From an uncultured Bifidobacteriaceae bacterium (GTDB taxonomy: Bacteria; Bacteroidota; Bacteroidia; UKL13-3): a stretch of DNA of 64,000 nt. The stretch spans positions 10,834 through 74,833 of the forward strand of contig CAYMRD010000010.1 of the NCBI GenBank assembly GCA_964392775.1. The letters run 5' to 3'. Numbering within the stretch: the first letter of the stretch is position 1; each line of letters begins with the position of its first letter. The translations under genes were made by a program, and so were the position numbers. The notes under the pieces are model-generated. The model had not been told where the DNA came from and did no database searches. It saw only the letters and a list, made by a program, of their open reading frames with translations. Shown piece by piece: positions 60,185 to 64,000 of this stretch.

Positions 60185-61180
60185 CTAAAACTCAGGACAT
60201 CGTATATTTCGAACTGTTTTCTTTGGCGAACGTTTTTTCAGCTCGATTCCAAGCGAGAACTCATAAGACTGTTTTGCACCATACCAAACGTTGGAAAGTG
60301 TGGCATCGTATGAAAAGCCCAGTTTAATTTTTTGTGTACGTATGCCAACAAGAACAATAAAGGCATCGGAAGTGGTTTTGGCTTGCCGGAAATACCCCCC
60401 AAGAACAAGAGGCCCCGTGTTATAGTACATCCCCAAGTTTAACTGAGCTGTTGCTCCCTGCTGCATGTATAAAATATTCGGATAAAAATTAGATGCCTTT
60501 TTAGGATCACGGTGCTGACGGTGAGGAATCACAAGCCCTCCATGTCCTGTAAAACGCATTGGAACCCTGCTATCAGTTGTTCCATAAAAGCCCTGTGCCG
60601 GTGTATTTAAATTGTGAATTGCGAAGCCTGCATAAAACTGATTGGAATACAATATGGTTCCTGCAGAAAAGTTTGGATAAAACACCGAATTGGCAATAGG
60701 GGTTTCTCCTGTATTTCTAACAAATCCTTGCCCTTGTACAATTTGATCATAAAAGGTTAACTTGCTAAAATCAATGGTTTTTTGAACCATTGCAGCCTGA
60801 ATCCCTGCCCGCATTGTAATTGTTCTGCTGATATTAATCTGATATGCATACACCAAATTAACAGCATTGGTTTTTAAAGTACCAACACCAGCCTCATCTG
60901 CTGTAACCATAACCCCAAAACCACCGTTAATTGCATCAAAATGCTCGTCATAAGATGCAGAGAATGTGCGAAAAGTACCTGAGATACTTGGCCACTGACT
61001 TCGATAGTTCAGATTGACACGCCCTACGGTTGAACTACCGGCAAAAGCCGGATTTGTATATAAAGGATTGGCATAGTACTGCGAAAACTGTGGGTCTTGA
61101 GCCCAAGCTTCGCCTACTCCGAGTACTATGGTTAATATATATACAAAGATGCTGCGTATAGCAGCAAGGTTCAATTTCAT
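60185..61180 (-). CDS. Type IX secretion system membrane protein, PorP/SprF family (paralog 2)
   Basis: N-terminal AQDPQFSQYYANPLYTNPAFAG; C-terminal ...IRCPEF. Collinear with paralog 1. Confidence 0.85.
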   Translation of the reverse strand: MKLNLAAIRSIFVYILTIVLGVGEAWAQDPQFSQYYANPLYTNPAFAGSSTVGRVNLNYRSQWPSISGTFRTFSASYDEHFDAINGGFGVMVTADEAGVGTLKTNAVNLVYAYQINISRTITMRAGIQAAMVQKTIDFSKLTFYDQIVQGQGFVRNTGETPIANSVFYPNFSAGTILYSNQFYAGFAIHNLNTPAQGFYGTTDSRVPMRFTGHGGLVIPHRQHRDPKKASNFYPNILYMQQGATAQLNLGMYYNTGPLVLGGYFRQAKTTSDAFIVLVGIRTQKIKLGFSYDATLSNVWYGAKQSYEFSLGIELKKRSPKKTVRNIRCPEF

Positions 61181-61366
61181 TTTCTTTCTTTAGCTTTGTA
61201 GGGGTTTAGCAGTTTCCCTTGAGCAGTTTCTTCATCACAGGCCTTGTGAGTAATGTCAAATAATTGTTGTTGATAAACGAACAATTAATTTGTTTTGTTT
61301 TCGTTTAAAATAGCGTTACATTCATAACTACACAAAGTTTCAATTATAAGCATTTTATTTTTTGAT

Positions 61367-64000
61367 ATGCAACAACAATTTCGAATAAAATACCTGTATC
61401 CCATCAAAGTATTGCTATTGTTGATTTTTTTTCTGCAATATTTCAGTGTAAAATCCGCTGAAATCAATCAAAAAATAACAATCAACTGGTCTGTAGAATC
61501 CAACTACACTCTGAAAAACGTAAAATATCTGAATTTCAATACATTTAATACTGCACATTTCAACTGGAGCGCATATAAAGGTCTTCCCTTTTATTCTACA
61601 TCATTTCCAGCCCAAAATCCCTCCCAAATAAAAGTCACTATAGAACAACCTGTATACAGAGAGATTACGGAGATTCAAAACCAAGAGCTCCTTCCCAATG
61701 AAGTAAAGATTGAACATTCAGTAGGTTTTGAACGAAAACACGGAAAAATTCTAATCGAGATTCTTCCGCTTCGAAAAAATATACAATCAGGTAAAATTGA
61801 ACAACTCGTTTCATTTACCATCAAAGTCCAATACGAAGATGAACCTGTAAAAACTTCAACGTTAAATAAAAGTTCGTATGTGGCGAGTTCAGTATTGAGT
61901 AGTGGGAAATGGCTAAAGATTGGCCTTACGGCAACCGGGGTATATAGCATTACCGCAAAAACACTTAAAGATGCGGGCATTGATCCTGCAACTATTGACC
62001 CCAGAACAATTAAAATATATGGCTATGGGGCAGGCATGCTGCCTCAGAAAAACGCAGCGCCACGCTTTGATGATTTACCGGAAAATGCAATCCTTGTTGC
62101 TGGCGAAACAGATGGCAGTTTTGATGAAAATGACCAAATTCTTTTTTATGGGAGAGCACAAAGAGATCAATGGGCATTAAGTTCGGGAAAATACAGCCAT
62201 GTTACAAACATATACTCGGATATTACCTACTATTTGCTGACCTACGGAGGGATTCAGGGTAAAAGAATTCAGCAGGCAGCTTCATTGCCCGCATTTAATA
62301 AACAGTCGGAAGAATTTGATCATCTACTTTTACATGAATTAGAGGCCGTAAACCTCATCAAGTCGGGCAGGCTATGGCTTGGTGAAGAGTTTGGAAAAAC
62401 ATTCAACTATGCATTCGGGGTTAATTTAGGAAACATCAATCCCGCAAAACCTGTAATTCTTTCTTCATCTGTTGCTGCAAGAAGCTTTAATACCAGTTCA
62501 TTCAGTGTTTCGGTCAATGGCAACCTGGTACTGACTCAAAACGTAAACCCGATAATTGCCAATTTTGAAGCGGCATATGCCAGCTCAACTTACAATAGCA
62601 CAAACCTATCCTTAGGCTCCGGCAATGTCAACATTGCTTATCAATACAACACCAGTGTTCCGGGCTCAAGTGGCTGGTTGGATTTTTTTGAGTTTCAATC
62701 CAGAAATTTTTTAACTCAGAACACTCCACAACTTAGCTTCAGAGATGCTCAAAGCGTTGGCCCAGGAAACATCACGGAGTTTGCCATTACAACCAATAAC
62801 AACCTGACTGTTTGGGATGTAACACAGCCAACCACTATTATACAGGCAAATGTAATAATGGGTAATGGCAAAGCTAAATTCTCATCTCAAACAGATACAT
62901 TAAGAGAGTTTATTTCATTTAATGGTCAACAATTTCTTTCACCAATCTCTATTGCGGAAATAAGCAATCAAAACCTGCATGCATTGAGTCCGGCAGATTT
63001 AATCATTATATGCCATTCTTCATTTTTAAATGAAGCACAAACGCTCGCAAACCTGCATCGAACCAAATCATCTCTTAGAGTAAACATCGCAACAACAGAC
63101 CAAATATACAATGAGTTCGCCTCCGGGAATCCTGATTTGACAGCCATTCGGGATTTTATCCGAATGTTCTACAAGCGTGCTTCAAGCGTTGGTGATATGC
63201 CTAAATACATTACACTTTTTGGAAGAGCCTCATACGATTATAAAAACCGTTTAGCCAACAACACAAACTTTGTTCCCACATTTGAAAGCACAGAATCATT
63301 TGACCCGGTAAGCACCTACAACTCGGATGACTATCTTGGCCTGTTAGATGACAATGAAGGAAACTGGGACAGCAATACCGATGTAAAAGAACTTCTGGAT
63401 GTGGCAATAGGCAGATTACCTGCACAAAACAATGCACAGGCAAACGATATGCTGAACAAAATTATTAACTATGTTAACCACCCAACATGGGGCGACTGGA
63501 AAACAAAACTTGTGTTTGTGGCCGATGATGAGGATGGAAATATCCATCAAAATCAGGCGAACACTTTAGCCAATAATGCCATCAGTCAGTCCCCCGATTA
63601 CAATATTCGCAAAATATTTATCGATGCGTATAAAGAAGAGAATACCTCAGGTGGTGCACGAAACCCAAACGCTCAGGCAGAAATTGTAAGAGCTGTTGAG
63701 CAAGGTGCTATGCTGATTAATTACACCGGGCATGGAGGTGAAATAGGCTGGGCATCTGAACAGATTCTGACAACAGATAATATTCAAAAATGGACAAATG
63801 AAAACCGTCTCCCATTATTTGTAACAGCCACTTGTGAATTCAGTCGCTTTGACGACCCGGCCAGAACATCCGCGGGTGAAATGGTATTGCTTAATCCGAA
63901 TGGAGGAGGAATCGCCTTATTTACCACTGTTCGATTGGTGAACTCGGGATCTAATTTCGCTCTTAATACCTTTTTATTTAATCATATAGGACTAGACTCT
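61367..64000 (+). CDS. porU: T9SS C-terminal signal peptidase/sortase PorU (C25 gingipain-like peptidase family), 3'-truncated by the window edge
   Basis: ATG at 61367, open to the window end (no stop, so absent from the ORF track). Signal peptide; ...SSGKWLKIGLTATGVYSITAKTLKDAGIDP... and ...AMLINYTGHGGEIGWA...TATCEFSRFDDP... (C25 His/Cys catalytic contexts). Confidence 0.8.
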   Translation, partial: MQQQFRIKYLYPIKVLLLLIFFLQYFSVKSAEINQKITINWSVESNYTLKNVKYLNFNTFNTAHFNWSAYKGLPFYSTSFPAQNPSQIKVTIEQPVYREITEIQNQELLPNEVKIEHSVGFERKHGKILIEILPLRKNIQSGKIEQLVSFTIKVQYEDEPVKTSTLNKSSYVASSVLSSGKWLKIGLTATGVYSITAKTLKDAGIDPATIDPRTIKIYGYGAGMLPQKNAAPRFDDLPENAILVAGETDGSFDENDQILFYGRAQRDQWALSSGKYSHVTNIYSDITYYLLTYGGIQGKRIQQAASLPAFNKQSEEFDHLLLHELEAVNLIKSGRLWLGEEFGKTFNYAFGVNLGNINPAKPVILSSSVAARSFNTSSFSVSVNGNLVLTQNVNPIIANFEAAYASSTYNSTNLSLGSGNVNIAYQYNTSVPGSSGWLDFFEFQSRNFLTQNTPQLSFRDAQSVGPGNITEFAITTNNNLTVWDVTQPTTIIQANVIMGNGKAKFSSQTDTLREFISFNGQQFLSPISIAEISNQNLHALSPADLIIICHSSFLNEAQTLANLHRTKSSLRVNIATTDQIYNEFASGNPDLTAIRDFIRMFYKRASSVGDMPKYITLFGRASYDYKNRLANNTNFVPTFESTESFDPVSTYNSDDYLGLLDDNEGNWDSNTDVKELLDVAIGRLPAQNNAQANDMLNKIINYVNHPTWGDWKTKLVFVADDEDGNIHQNQANTLANNAISQSPDYNIRKIFIDAYKEENTSGGARNPNAQAEIVRAVEQGAMLINYTGHGGEIGWASEQILTTDNIQKWTNENRLPLFVTATCEFSRFDDPARTSAGEMVLLNPNGGGIALFTTVRLVNSGSNFALNTFLFNHIGLDS

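Overview
This window looks like a Bacteroidota chromosomal segment. The evidence is T9SS C-terminal sorting domains, PorP/SprF, PorU and GldJ-like genes, CHU_C cargo and TAnnTTTG-type promoters. Most of it is core housekeeping: radA, a two-component pair, a polyprenyl synthase, purS, pssA, dusB, cdsA, guaB, era, der, rpmH-rnpA-yidD, an S41 peptidase, rmuC, gpmI and nadC. Interspersed are several T9SS cargo and machinery genes: a 3028-aa beta-helix giant, an S8 protease with PKD domains, a CHU_C protein, GldJ-like, two PorP/SprF paralogs and porU. The standout is a roughly 5.7-kb AT-rich accessory islet at about 31.1-36.8 kb, wedged between guaB and a tRNA-fMet/era. It carries a frameshifted Fic gene preceded by five 24-bp iteron-like repeats, a tripartite HipBST-like kinase toxin-antitoxin module flanked by two identical 180-bp repeats with a third partial copy near the tRNA, a 69-bp repeat pair, an orphan Rhs-core C-terminal remnant and a 36-bp GC-rich perfect palindrome. 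No integrase or transposase is present. A separate 158-bp MITE-like element with perfect 23-bp terminal inverted repeats and an 8-bp target-site duplication sits in the SRPBCC/guaB convergent spacer, and a degraded relative sits in a second convergent spacer at 15.05 kb. No CRISPR array, rRNA or reverse transcriptase was seen. The only RNA gene I can support is tRNA-fMet (CAT anticodon, C1:A72 mismatch).
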